Shown here in pieces: positions 49,983 to 58,467 of a stretch of 64,000 nucleotides of DNA (the first letter of the stretch is position 1; every line of letters begins with the position of its first letter). The translations under genes and the position numbers were made by a program. The notes below the pieces were generated by a model. It saw only the letters and a program-made list of their open reading frames with translations. It did not search any database and was not told where the DNA came from. The stretch spans positions 1,017 through 65,016 of IMG/VR virus record IMGVR_UViG_3300050505_000066. One strand, written 5' to 3'. The DNA is from a virus.

Positions 49983-52359
49983 ATATTTATTCGTTCTCCC
50001 TCATAAACCATCTGAAGGAATGTCAGCTTGGTTCTGGAAAGTTGTTTCACAAGAATGTGGAATTCAAACCACTGATTGTGAAGTAATTTACATGTTGGAT
50101 TCAGTTCCTAAAGGAGCATCAGGTCGGGCTACTAAAGAACAAATACGAGCATCATGGGATAGATTTTCTAAAGAGATAGAGGAATCTGAAGCTAGAGTCG
50201 TCATTCCTTTAGGTAGTCAACCTCTTTATTTTCTCACTGGTATTCAAAAATCTATCTTTGATGCTCGTGGTTATGTTATTACCAATAAATTCTTCCGTCC
50301 AATTGAATACGATTCATGGGAACAATTTGGAGAATACAAGACCGGTAACAAAAAATTGGGTCGGATTAAGGGCGATCCAAGATATAAGTGGATAACAAAA
50401 TCAAGTGAAGGACTCCTGGGAAGTGACTTTCAAGGAATAGTCATTCCCACCTTCACTCTTGAATATATCCGAACGTCTGCATTCTCCTGTAAACCCTCCC
50501 TTAAAGAGGATATTCTTCGTGCAAAAAGAGCCAGCAAGGGAACACTTAAACTAGTTGATGAAAACCTTGTTTACTATACGGATTTTTCACATGTAGAAAC
50601 AGAAGATGGAACTCGAACATCCGTATCTTTAAATCTCAAACAAATTCCATGGTCTAAAGATTTGATTGCTTTAGACATTGAAACACATGGAATTGATAAT
50701 GATGTAATTGATCGAGTTTCTATTAGTGATGGACATATAACTGCCTCGCTTGCGTGGTCGAATGAAGTTAGATCATTATTAAATGATATTTTAACTCTTT
50801 CAGAACCTAAGTTTGTTTTTCATAATTCACCATTCGATGTTCCACGTCTAATTCAACATGGTGTGAACATCACAACTCGAATTTTAGAGAATCAGATTTT
50901 TGACACGATGTTCGGGGCAGTTATTCTTCAACCTGATCTTCATAAAGGATTAGGTCGCTGTGCTTCTGTGTATTTAGATTGTCAGTTGTGGAAAGATCAG
51001 AACGAAAGTAATCCAATTTTTTATAGTGCTAAGGATGCCTTCATAACCGCTTGGTTAGCTAGACAAGAGATCAAGGTTATGAAGACCCTTGGAACTTATG
51101 ATCTCTTCACAAAGAAGATAATGCCAGCAATTCCAGTTCTCACGGAAATGACACAAAAGGGCATACGAACAAATCGTCCTTATGCTGAGAAATGGACTAA
51201 AAAATTAGTCCGAAGGCAACTAAAATATGAGCAACTATGGGCAAAGAAATTCCCTAATACCGATCCTCATTCTTCTCAATCTGTACAAAAATTATTGTAT
51301 GGTGAATGGGGACTACCTATACAAAGAACTAGAGAGGGCGGGATTTCGGTTGATGAACTTTCACTTGTAAAACTTAAATATTACATTAACGCTCCTCCAG
51401 AAGAACTTGTTAAAGTTGTAAGTAGTCGAACATTAGACCTTCTTCTCAAGCTCCGTGATGTTTCTAAAATGTTAAGTACCTATGTTCAACCTGTTGCAGA
51501 GAGTGAATCGATTTGGGTTCATCCAAGTTACCTTCCGATTTCCAAAGATGCTGAGGCTGGTAAGTCGAATAAAATGACCAGTAAAGGAAATACTTCTACT
51601 GGTCGCCTAGCAACTTATAATCCAAATATTGGAAATCAACCAAAGAAAGCACGAGTTCTTTATGTTCCTGATAATGAAGATATGTGCTTCCTCGAAGCGG
51701 ATTGGAAGTCCGCTGAATCATATGTAATGGCTTATTCTGCGAACGATAAACGTCTTTTAGATGATCTAAAAATAGGAATTCATGAACAGAATGCCGAACG
51801 ATTTGGAATCGACAGAGATACAGCTAAGAATGTTTATTATGCACAACAATACCTTGCTGGACCATCTAAAGTTAATGAGATGATTCTGGAACAAACTCAT
51901 AAATATGTTCCAGTTGAAGAATGCAAACGAATTATGTATGGTCTTCAAGAATATTACTACCAAACAACTGCCTTTAAAAGGCACCTAGTTCAACTTTGTG
52001 AAACACAGAAATACATAAAGAACCCATTCGGACGAATTAGATTTTTTCATGATGGACGGACACCCGCTGCGGTCGATTTTTGGCCACAATCCATCGTCGC
52101 AGATTGCCTTTGGGAAATCATCCCCGAGGTAGCTAGAATGGCTAAAAGTCTTGGAGGACGTTTTACAACTACTGTTTATGATAGTGTGTTAATCCAAGTG
52201 CCACGACAGGTCATACAAGAAACTGCAGAACGCCTTATGGGGATAATGCAGCGGCGCTTTGAAATCGTAGCACCCTTGTTTTCTATTCCATGTGAGTTAA
52301 AATTTGGACAACCTGGAGCTTCGTGGGGGGAATTAAGTGTTGACAGATTATTCGAATAA
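49975..52359 (+). CDS. Family A DNA polymerase: degenerate UDG-like N-domain + 3'-5' exonuclease + polymerase
   Basis: 'VIPLGSQPL...SIFDARG...VIPTF' UDG-like; ExoI 'LDIET'; 'TGRL'; motif A 'DWKSAE'; motif B 'RDTAKNVYYAQQY'; motif C 'VYDS'. Confidence 0.9.
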   Translation: MSKYLFVLPHKPSEGMSAWFWKVVSQECGIQTTDCEVIYMLDSVPKGASGRATKEQIRASWDRFSKEIEESEARVVIPLGSQPLYFLTGIQKSIFDARGYVITNKFFRPIEYDSWEQFGEYKTGNKKLGRIKGDPRYKWITKSSEGLLGSDFQGIVIPTFTLEYIRTSAFSCKPSLKEDILRAKRASKGTLKLVDENLVYYTDFSHVETEDGTRTSVSLNLKQIPWSKDLIALDIETHGIDNDVIDRVSISDGHITASLAWSNEVRSLLNDILTLSEPKFVFHNSPFDVPRLIQHGVNITTRILENQIFDTMFGAVILQPDLHKGLGRCASVYLDCQLWKDQNESNPIFYSAKDAFITAWLARQEIKVMKTLGTYDLFTKKIMPAIPVLTEMTQKGIRTNRPYAEKWTKKLVRRQLKYEQLWAKKFPNTDPHSSQSVQKLLYGEWGLPIQRTREGGISVDELSLVKLKYYINAPPEELVKVVSSRTLDLLLKLRDVSKMLSTYVQPVAESESIWVHPSYLPISKDAEAGKSNKMTSKGNTSTGRLATYNPNIGNQPKKARVLYVPDNEDMCFLEADWKSAESYVMAYSANDKRLLDDLKIGIHEQNAERFGIDRDTAKNVYYAQQYLAGPSKVNEMILEQTHKYVPVEECKRIMYGLQEYYYQTTAFKRHLVQLCETQKYIKNPFGRIRFFHDGRTPAAVDFWPQSIVADCLWEIIPEVARMAKSLGGRFTTTVYDSVLIQVPRQVIQETAERLMGIMQRRFEIVAPLFSIPCELKFGQPGASWGELSVDRLFE

Positions 52360-53119
52360 TGATACAATTGATGTTGAAATTATGCATGACAATACTTCTG
52401 GAGGAACAAAAGAACTTTACGCTCGACCTGGAAAATTTCTTGGAATCGATGGACCAGAAGAAGATAAAAGGATTCTTGAAAGAATGAATAAGCAAACTAC
52501 AATCTACTTATCCGGGCCAATGAGCGGATTGCCAGATTATAATTCTGCAGAGTTCGCTAAATACGCAGAAATCTATCGTCAACAAGGATTCCGGGTTCTT
52601 TCCCCTCCCGAATTAGATGCCGGGGATTGGTCTAAGGATTATGCATTCTACATTAAAAGGGATATTGAAGTCCTTGTAAAAGAACACGTCAGTCGTATCT
52701 ATCTTCTTCCTGGTTGGCAAGATTCTCGTGGAGCTAGACTCGAACACCACATTGCAGAGCTTCTTGGAATTGGAATTTACGATGCTGTAACAGGTAAGCC
52801 ATATAAAGAAACAGTTGCTCAAGAAGCAAATAGAATTGTAAATGGAGACCGCCGAGGGAACTATGGTTCTCCCCTCAAAGATTTTGGTCGTACCTCGGGC
52901 ATGCTTAATGCATTGTTAGCACATAAGCTTCGAGAGAAATTATCTGAAGAAGATGTTTCTTTAATTATGATTTGTGTGAAACTCAGTCGTTTAGCAAATT
53001 CACCTGATCATAGAGATTCCCTCGTGGATATTTGTGGGTATGCTTTAACGTATGAACTAGTTCAGAGTGAACGAAAGGATTATAGTGGGACTGTGGTTTC
53101 TGGATCAAGCACGAAATAG
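52337..53119 (+). CDS. DUF4406 (nucleoside deoxyribosyltransferase-like) + DUF6378-like fusion with a portal-like N-terminal peptide
   Basis: 'IYLSGPMSGLPDYN', 'W.DSRGARLE', 'GDRRGNYGSP', 'DSLVDICGYA'. Confidence 0.75.
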   Translation: MLTDYSNNDTIDVEIMHDNTSGGTKELYARPGKFLGIDGPEEDKRILERMNKQTTIYLSGPMSGLPDYNSAEFAKYAEIYRQQGFRVLSPPELDAGDWSKDYAFYIKRDIEVLVKEHVSRIYLLPGWQDSRGARLEHHIAELLGIGIYDAVTGKPYKETVAQEANRIVNGDRRGNYGSPLKDFGRTSGMLNALLAHKLREKLSEEDVSLIMICVKLSRLANSPDHRDSLVDICGYALTYELVQSERKDYSGTVVSGSSTK

Positions 53120-53396
53120 ACTTTGGTTAAATGATTATACTGGTGAATGGATTTTTACACGACCTGAATTAAGATATCAAAGATGTAAAAATCCAATTTT
53201 TGTTCATTTTAAACGTGAAACTCAACCAGGATTTCATAATCGTAGCCATAGAAAAGCAATTTCAAATGCTTGGTATAAATATTTACTAGATCAAATTACT
53301 AATATTGATCCTTGGGAAACTCCTTGGATTTGGAAACATCCTAAAATAACAGATTTTATATGCGATATTGTGCCGAATGTCATGGTAGAAAAATAA
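53067..53396 (+). CDS. Hypothetical protein containing a copy of the MCP N-arm peptide
   Basis: LLDQITNIDPWETPWIWKHPKIT versus MCP LLDQITNVDPWDTPWVSQAPKVT. Confidence 0.7.
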   Translation: MNERIIVGLWFLDQARNRLWLNDYTGEWIFTRPELRYQRCKNPIFVHFKRETQPGFHNRSHRKAISNAWYKYLLDQITNIDPWETPWIWKHPKITDFICDIVPNVMVEK

Positions 53397-53923
53397 AAGC
53401 TGTTCTTGGTTCTCGTTGTATAAGACATTACCTTTGGAGACAAGCTAGATATCATAGAATTTCTAAATATGGATGGTGGAAACATCACGTTCCTAAACTT
53501 TCTAGACAAATTCTTGGACGATATCTTGCAATTAGTGAGGGATTTGATCCAGGAAACATCAAACCCATTATTCAACAGTTTTTAATGGGTGATCATTCAG
53601 TTCATAGATCAAAGAAGAAAGCTCGATATTCAGGAATTATTGCGATAGTTAAGATCATAGACGCAGCAGATAGACACGCTAGGAAGGATTATGAAGCCAG
53701 TCAACGTAGCAATAGTAGCAAAGAAAATTGATGGGAAGTATGAAGGAGTTTATCTTGTGGATAATCGTTTCACAAGAATTTTAACTGGAACGGCCCTCGT
53801 GCCAATGGTTCAAGGACAGATTTCAAAGATACTTAAAGAGGATTTTCCTGAAGGTGTTGATGTAGCGATCAATATTAGCATTAATGAAGACGATACAATT
53901 CAACCCAAAGAAGAAGAAAAAGA

Positions 53924-54262
53924 ATGACTCTAGGTGAACAACAAAGATTATTTGGTAAATTAGTTGGAGAACTTCTTCATCATATTTATGATCAAAAATT
54001 AGAAGTCACCTTAGATTGGATGTATCGTCCTCCTGAAGTTGCTGCTTACTATGCATCCATCGGCGTGGGAATCCGTTCAAGTCTTCATACACTTAAACTT
54101 GCTCTTGATATAAATTTGTTTAAAGATGGGGTTTGGCTTCGTGATACTGAATCTCATAAACCTATTGGTGAATGGTGGAAACAACAACATCCACTTTGTC
54201 GATGGGGTGGAGATTGGGGAGATGGAAATCACTATAGTTTAGAATGGAATGGGGTTAAATGA
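53924..54262 (+). CDS. Endolysin, peptidase M15 family
   Basis: 'SLH.LKLALD' (SxHxxxxAxD), 'WGGDW', 'DGNHYS'. Confidence 0.88.
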   Translation: MTLGEQQRLFGKLVGELLHHIYDQKLEVTLDWMYRPPEVAAYYASIGVGIRSSLHTLKLALDINLFKDGVWLRDTESHKPIGEWWKQQHPLCRWGGDWGDGNHYSLEWNGVK

Positions 54263-54852
54263 TAAATGCAAAACTTCTAGTAGTGGATGTCGAAACAGGT
54301 GGATTGGACCCAAGTGAACATTCAATCCTCAGCTTGGGGGCAGTAGTTTTAGATGAAGGAGAAGTTGTAGATAAGTTTCTCGCAACTATCAAAGAACCTA
54401 ATTTTTTAGCGACAGAACCTGCTTTGAAAATCAATGGCTTTACCAAAGAACGAATTGAAAAAGAAGGGCATAATCCTGAAGAAGTTGTCCTAGAATTTGA
54501 GTCTTTTATCCTCCGGAATGATTTTGATGATGATAAAATCGTTCTTGCAGGTCATAATGTAAATTTTGACATTGGATTTATTAAACGTCTCTATTCATTT
54601 ACAAAACAAAGTTATGAATCCAGATTCTCACATAGAGTTCTAGATACTCAAACAGCAGCACTTCTTTTAAAGTATGCCGGTAGAATCACCACCGAGGCAA
54701 CAAGTTTAGATGCTCTTTGTGCATGTTTTGGGATTAAGGGACGAAAGAAAGGAACACCACATACAGCTTTAGAGGATGCTGAATTAACAGCGGAACTTCT
54801 TAAACGAGAGTTAAAAATGTTAGAGCAACCACTTACAATACCGGATTTTTAA
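54259..54852 (+). CDS. DnaQ-like 3'-5' exonuclease
   Basis: 'DVETGG', 'GHNVNFD', 'HTALED'. Confidence 0.9.
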   Translation: MINAKLLVVDVETGGLDPSEHSILSLGAVVLDEGEVVDKFLATIKEPNFLATEPALKINGFTKERIEKEGHNPEEVVLEFESFILRNDFDDDKIVLAGHNVNFDIGFIKRLYSFTKQSYESRFSHRVLDTQTAALLLKYAGRITTEATSLDALCACFGIKGRKKGTPHTALEDAELTAELLKRELKMLEQPLTIPDF

Positions 54853-55328
54853 ATGAAGGGATTAACAAGCCACCAAGAAGATTCAATTTGTCTTGATTTT
54901 TGTATTTCTTGTGGAACAAAAATGGTAAGTTACCAATGTATGGCTCATTTTTGGGTGAATGAATGTCTAGAGTGTCAGAAAAAGAAAGTTGAGAAAATGA
55001 AACAAGATTTTCTCACAAAATCAACTAATGAGATAATGAAATATATCGAAGATGAAGTCTTCAGGAAACTTAAATAGTGCAAGTCTATGTGAACTTCATT
55101 ACCGCTTGTGGGTGTTCACGCATGGAAGTTGCTGTTCCTGATTGGAAGGCTCCTCCATCTATAAAAATGCCTCTCCAATTTCCACCTAAAATAATGGATT
55201 GGGTGAACACTCCTACTGATTCTGTTTTAGAAACCCAAGTTATGAGAGAAAGAAAGTTTCAATTAAACAGTGAAGAAGTTATGAAAGATGGACAAATGAA
55301 GATATTTATTTATAGGGAGGTTGAATAA

Positions 55329-55601
55329 TTGCCGTATATCAAACAATCAATTCGGAATAAACTTGATCCTTTTATTGACGAACTTATTTATTGTCTTGTG
55401 GGATATGATAAATACGTCGAACCAGGGACATTGAATTATGTTTTAACTAGAATTCTCTCTCGAACCCTTTCTGACCATCCTTCATATGGGGAACTTTCTT
55501 CGATTGTTGGGGTTCTAGAGACGATGAAGCTTGAGTTTCAGAGACGGATTGTCTCTCCATATGAAGATAAAAAAATCTTAGAAAATGGGGACGTGTATTG
55601 A
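55329..55601 (+). CDS. Conserved phage protein (MPYIK family, DUF6899-like)
   Basis: 'MPYIK', 'GTLNYVLTRI', 'KLEFQRRIVSPYED.KI.ENGDV'. Confidence 0.6.
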   Translation: MPYIKQSIRNKLDPFIDELIYCLVGYDKYVEPGTLNYVLTRILSRTLSDHPSYGELSSIVGVLETMKLEFQRRIVSPYEDKKILENGDVY

Positions 55602-55782
55602 AAAAGATAAAATGTAGTGAATGCGGAATTGATTTAGTTACGGCTTGTCTTTCATTTCTTGATGATAAACCTACATGTAAAGATCATGAAAAATCTTCTA
55701 AAGCTGAACCTGGATCAATTAGTTTAGGAGCCATGGTTGATCCTGGTAATATTGATATTTATGGTGGTGTAATTGTCTAAAA

Positions 55783-55870
55783 GCCAGAGTAAACGGTTAA
55801 TAGAGACCGCCGAGACTGTAAACCTCGTCCCTCGGGTTATCGCGTGGGGCAGTACCACGATCTGGCACCA
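55783..55870 (+). tRNA. tRNA-Tyr (GUA), atypical elbow, encoded CCA
   Basis: GCCAGA/TCTGGC acceptor, CT GTA AA loop, long variable arm, T-loop GGCAGTA, D-loop without GG. Confidence 0.7.
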
Positions 55871-55877
55871 AAATTAA

Positions 55878-55951
55878 CGGCTCGTGGCTGTAATTGGTAA
55901 ACACACTTGGCTCAAACCCAAGGCATGAAGGTTCGAATCCTTCCGAGCCGA
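55878..55951 (+). tRNA. tRNA-Leu (CAA) with short variable loop
   Basis: CGGCTCG/CGAGCCG, CTTGG-CT CAA AC-CCAAG, GAAGG-TTCGAAT-CCTTC. Confidence 0.85.
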
Positions 55952-55956
55952 CATTA

Positions 55957-56049
55957 AGTTGGTGTCTGAAAAGACCACTGAGTCAATCACATGGCCCCAA
56001 GGACAAGAAATTACAGGGGGAGTGCCTGGAAGTTGCACCAGGACCAACT
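55957..56049 (+). ncRNA. Candidate structured RNA with a perfect four-way junction
   Basis: AGTTGGT/ACCAACT, GTC/GAC, CACT/AGTG and CCTGG/CCAGG abut with no linker nucleotides. Confidence 0.55.
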
Positions 56050-56231
56050 AATTAATTATGGAAAAAGAAATAACTGGATATGTGGCTTGGGATGATGGAA
56101 ATTGGAAATTAGTTTTAAAATGTCCTTGTACATGTTGGTATTGTTTATGTACTAGAGAAGGACATTGTGGAAAAAATAAATGTGATAAACAAAAATTTCA
56201 TCCAGAAGATGAAACACGGAGAAAATAATGA

Positions 56232-57869
56232 ATGGAATCAATGTCATTTTTCGCACAAACAATCATGGAACAAAAGTATAGCCACACACGAACAAATGGT
56301 GAGAAAGAACAATGGCACCACATAGCACGTCGAGTAGCGCGACATGTTATGGGTGCCATTAACGCCTCTGATGAACTTGTCAAAGAGATTGCGGAGATAA
56401 TTGAACAACGAAAATTTATTCCTGGGGGTAGATATCTAGCTGCCTCGGGCAGGCAGTATCATCAAACACAGAATTGTATCCTTCTCAAGGCCGAGGATTC
56501 ACGAGAAGGATGGGCTGATATAATGCAGAAGTCCACTTTAGCTCTTATGACAGGAGCAGGGATAGGATGCGATTACTCAGATATCCGACCCGAGAATAAA
56601 CCAATTAGAAAAACGGGTGGAGTCTCTACAGGCCCTATTGCCCTTATGCAAATGGTTAACGAAGCTGGTCGAGGCATCATGCAGGGGGGTTCACGTCGCT
56701 CAGCAATTTGGGCGGGACTTAGTTGGAAGCATGCGGATATTCAAAAATTCATCACATTAAAAAATTGGATTCCAGAAGTTCGGGAGATGAAGGAAAAGGA
56801 TTTTAATTTCCCGGCAACAATGGATGGAACAAATATCTCAGTTATTCTTGATGATGAATTTTTCAAGGCTTTTCATGATGATAAAAATCCTTTAAACTCT
56901 CATGCTCAATCTGTTTATTGGTCTACTCTTCGTCAGATGTTAAAAACCGCTGAACCAGGATTTAGTATTGATATAGGGAAAAATAAGGGAGAAACATTAA
57001 GGAATGCGTGTACTGAAGTATCTTCAGGAGATGATAGTGATATTTGTAATCTTGGTTCTATTAATTTGGCTAGGATCACATCCTTAGAAGAAATGAAGAA
57101 AGTTGTAAATCTTGCGACTGCTTTTCTTACAGCTGGAACTGTTTATAGTGATGTTCCATATTCAAAACTAGATCAGATTAGGAATAAGAATAGACGCCTT
57201 GGTCTTGGTCTTATGGGTCTTCATGAATGGCTTCTTGTTAGAGATGAAAAATATGGATTTAATGAAGACCTTCAAAAATATTTAGAAATTTATGGAGATA
57301 GTACACATTACGCACATGAATGGCAAGATAAGTGGGACCTTTCAAGATCAATCAAAACAAGAGCAATTGCACCGACTGGGACTATTGGGATCATTGGTGA
57401 AACTACAACAGGAATTGAACCAATTTTCTGTGTAGCATTTAAAAGACGATATCTTAAATATCACACCTGGAATTATCAATATGTTATTGATCCAACAGCT
57501 AAAAGATTAATTGAAAATGGTATTCATTCAGATTCTATTGAAGACGCTTATGTTCTCGCAAGTGATGTAGAACGTCGAGTTGCATTTCAATCATGGGTTC
57601 AGAAATATGTAGACCATGCAATTTCTTCTACGATCAATCTTCCAGCATGGGGAAGTGAATTGAATAACGATGGAACTGTTTCTAAATTTGGTAATATGCT
57701 TATCAATTATCTTCCTAATCTACGCGGTTTTACAGTGTATCCTGATGGAGGACGAGGAGGACAACCATTGACACCCGTGAAGTATAGTGTAGCCGTGAAT
57801 CATGCAGATAAAGTGTTTGAAGAGATTAATGTATGTGATATAACTAAAGGTGGTAGCTGTGGAAGTTAA
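56232..57869 (+). CDS. nrdJ: Ribonucleotide reductase, probably class II (AdoCbl-dependent)
   Basis: 'NACTE' catalytic motif, 'CNLGSINL', 'APTGT', 'ISSTINLP', C-terminal Cys pair; no nrdB gene in the window. Confidence 0.85.
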   Translation: MESMSFFAQTIMEQKYSHTRTNGEKEQWHHIARRVARHVMGAINASDELVKEIAEIIEQRKFIPGGRYLAASGRQYHQTQNCILLKAEDSREGWADIMQKSTLALMTGAGIGCDYSDIRPENKPIRKTGGVSTGPIALMQMVNEAGRGIMQGGSRRSAIWAGLSWKHADIQKFITLKNWIPEVREMKEKDFNFPATMDGTNISVILDDEFFKAFHDDKNPLNSHAQSVYWSTLRQMLKTAEPGFSIDIGKNKGETLRNACTEVSSGDDSDICNLGSINLARITSLEEMKKVVNLATAFLTAGTVYSDVPYSKLDQIRNKNRRLGLGLMGLHEWLLVRDEKYGFNEDLQKYLEIYGDSTHYAHEWQDKWDLSRSIKTRAIAPTGTIGIIGETTTGIEPIFCVAFKRRYLKYHTWNYQYVIDPTAKRLIENGIHSDSIEDAYVLASDVERRVAFQSWVQKYVDHAISSTINLPAWGSELNNDGTVSKFGNMLINYLPNLRGFTVYPDGGRGGQPLTPVKYSVAVNHADKVFEEINVCDITKGGSCGS

Positions 57870-58016
57870 AACCTTAGAAAAATACAAAGTAAAATTTCAT
57901 GTTTCTTTCGAAATAGATGCGGAAAATAATGCTCAAGCAATTGTGAAAGCTTATGATTTATTAAATTTCTATGGGTTGGAAAGAATTATTTTTACAATTA
58001 AAGTTAAAAAGAAATA

Positions 58017-58089
58017 GCCCGATTGGTGTAATTGGTAAACACAATAGACTTAGACTCTATTTTTGAGGGTTCGAATCCTTCATTGGGCA
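58017..58089 (+). tRNA. tRNA-Leu (UAG) with short variable loop and A37
   Basis: GCCCGAT/ATTGGGC, ATAGA-CT TAG AC-TCTAT, T-loop TTCGAAT. Confidence 0.88.
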
Positions 58090-58093
58090 CTTT

Positions 58094-58166
58094 TCCCTGG
58101 TAGTTTAAGTAAAACATCTGTCTCCAAAACAGAAAGATGTTGGTTCAAATCCAGCCTGGGGAGCCA
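58094..58166 (+). tRNA. tRNA-Trp (CCA), encoded CCA end
   Basis: TCTGT-CT CCA AA-ACAGA; G73; T-loop TTCAAAT. Confidence 0.88.
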
Positions 58167-58171
58167 TTTTA

Positions 58172-58244
58172 TGCGGTCAGATGCTCCGGGTGGCATACAA
58201 GCCTCATAAGCTTGATTCAGTGGGTTCGACTCCCACGACCGCTA
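58172..58244 (+). tRNA. tRNA with CAU anticodon (Met or Ile2), U1:U72 mismatch
   Basis: CAAGC-CT CAT AA-GCTTG; GTGGG-TTCGACT-CCCAC; lacks the three G-C pairs of initiator tRNAs. Confidence 0.85.
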
Positions 58245-58248
58245 CATT

Positions 58249-58323
58249 GTGACTGTAGCTTAAAGCCAAAGCCCCTGATTGTGAATCAGGTGAATGTGGA
58301 TGCGAGAACCACCAGTCACCCCA
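58249..58323 (+). tRNA. tRNA-His (GUG), C73, no encoded G-1, atypical T-loop
   Basis: GTGACTG/CAGTCAC, CCTGA-TT GTG AA-TCAGG, encoded CCA. Confidence 0.8.
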
Positions 58324-58325
58324 TA

Positions 58326-58415
58326 ATCTAGCGTGACCGTTCGATTCGGTTGGGTGGAATACCGGGGTTCGATTCCCTGCTTGAACTGGTGTTGGCGCTA
58401 GATAAAGAACACCGG
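58326..58415 (+). ncRNA. Candidate tRNA-elbow-mimic / Y-RNA-like RNA
   Basis: ATCTAGCG/CGCTAGAT closing stem, two TTCGATT T-loop motifs, possible pseudoknot CTGGTGTT/AACACCGG. Confidence 0.6.
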
Positions 58416-58467
58416 CCTAATTACGTTCTAATCCAAATGGGTCATTCCCTACGTGATGAAAGCCAAT

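Noticed and set aside
55957-56049. Twister ribozyme
   Set aside because: CACT, CCCCAAG, AGTG and GGG resemble twister pieces, but the order of the P2 3' strand and T1 partner is reversed and there is no UAA cleavage loop.
58017-58089. Amber suppressor tRNA / stop-codon recoding
   Set aside because: The TAG here is the anticodon (reads CUA); genes are full length under the standard code and TAG ends several ORFs.
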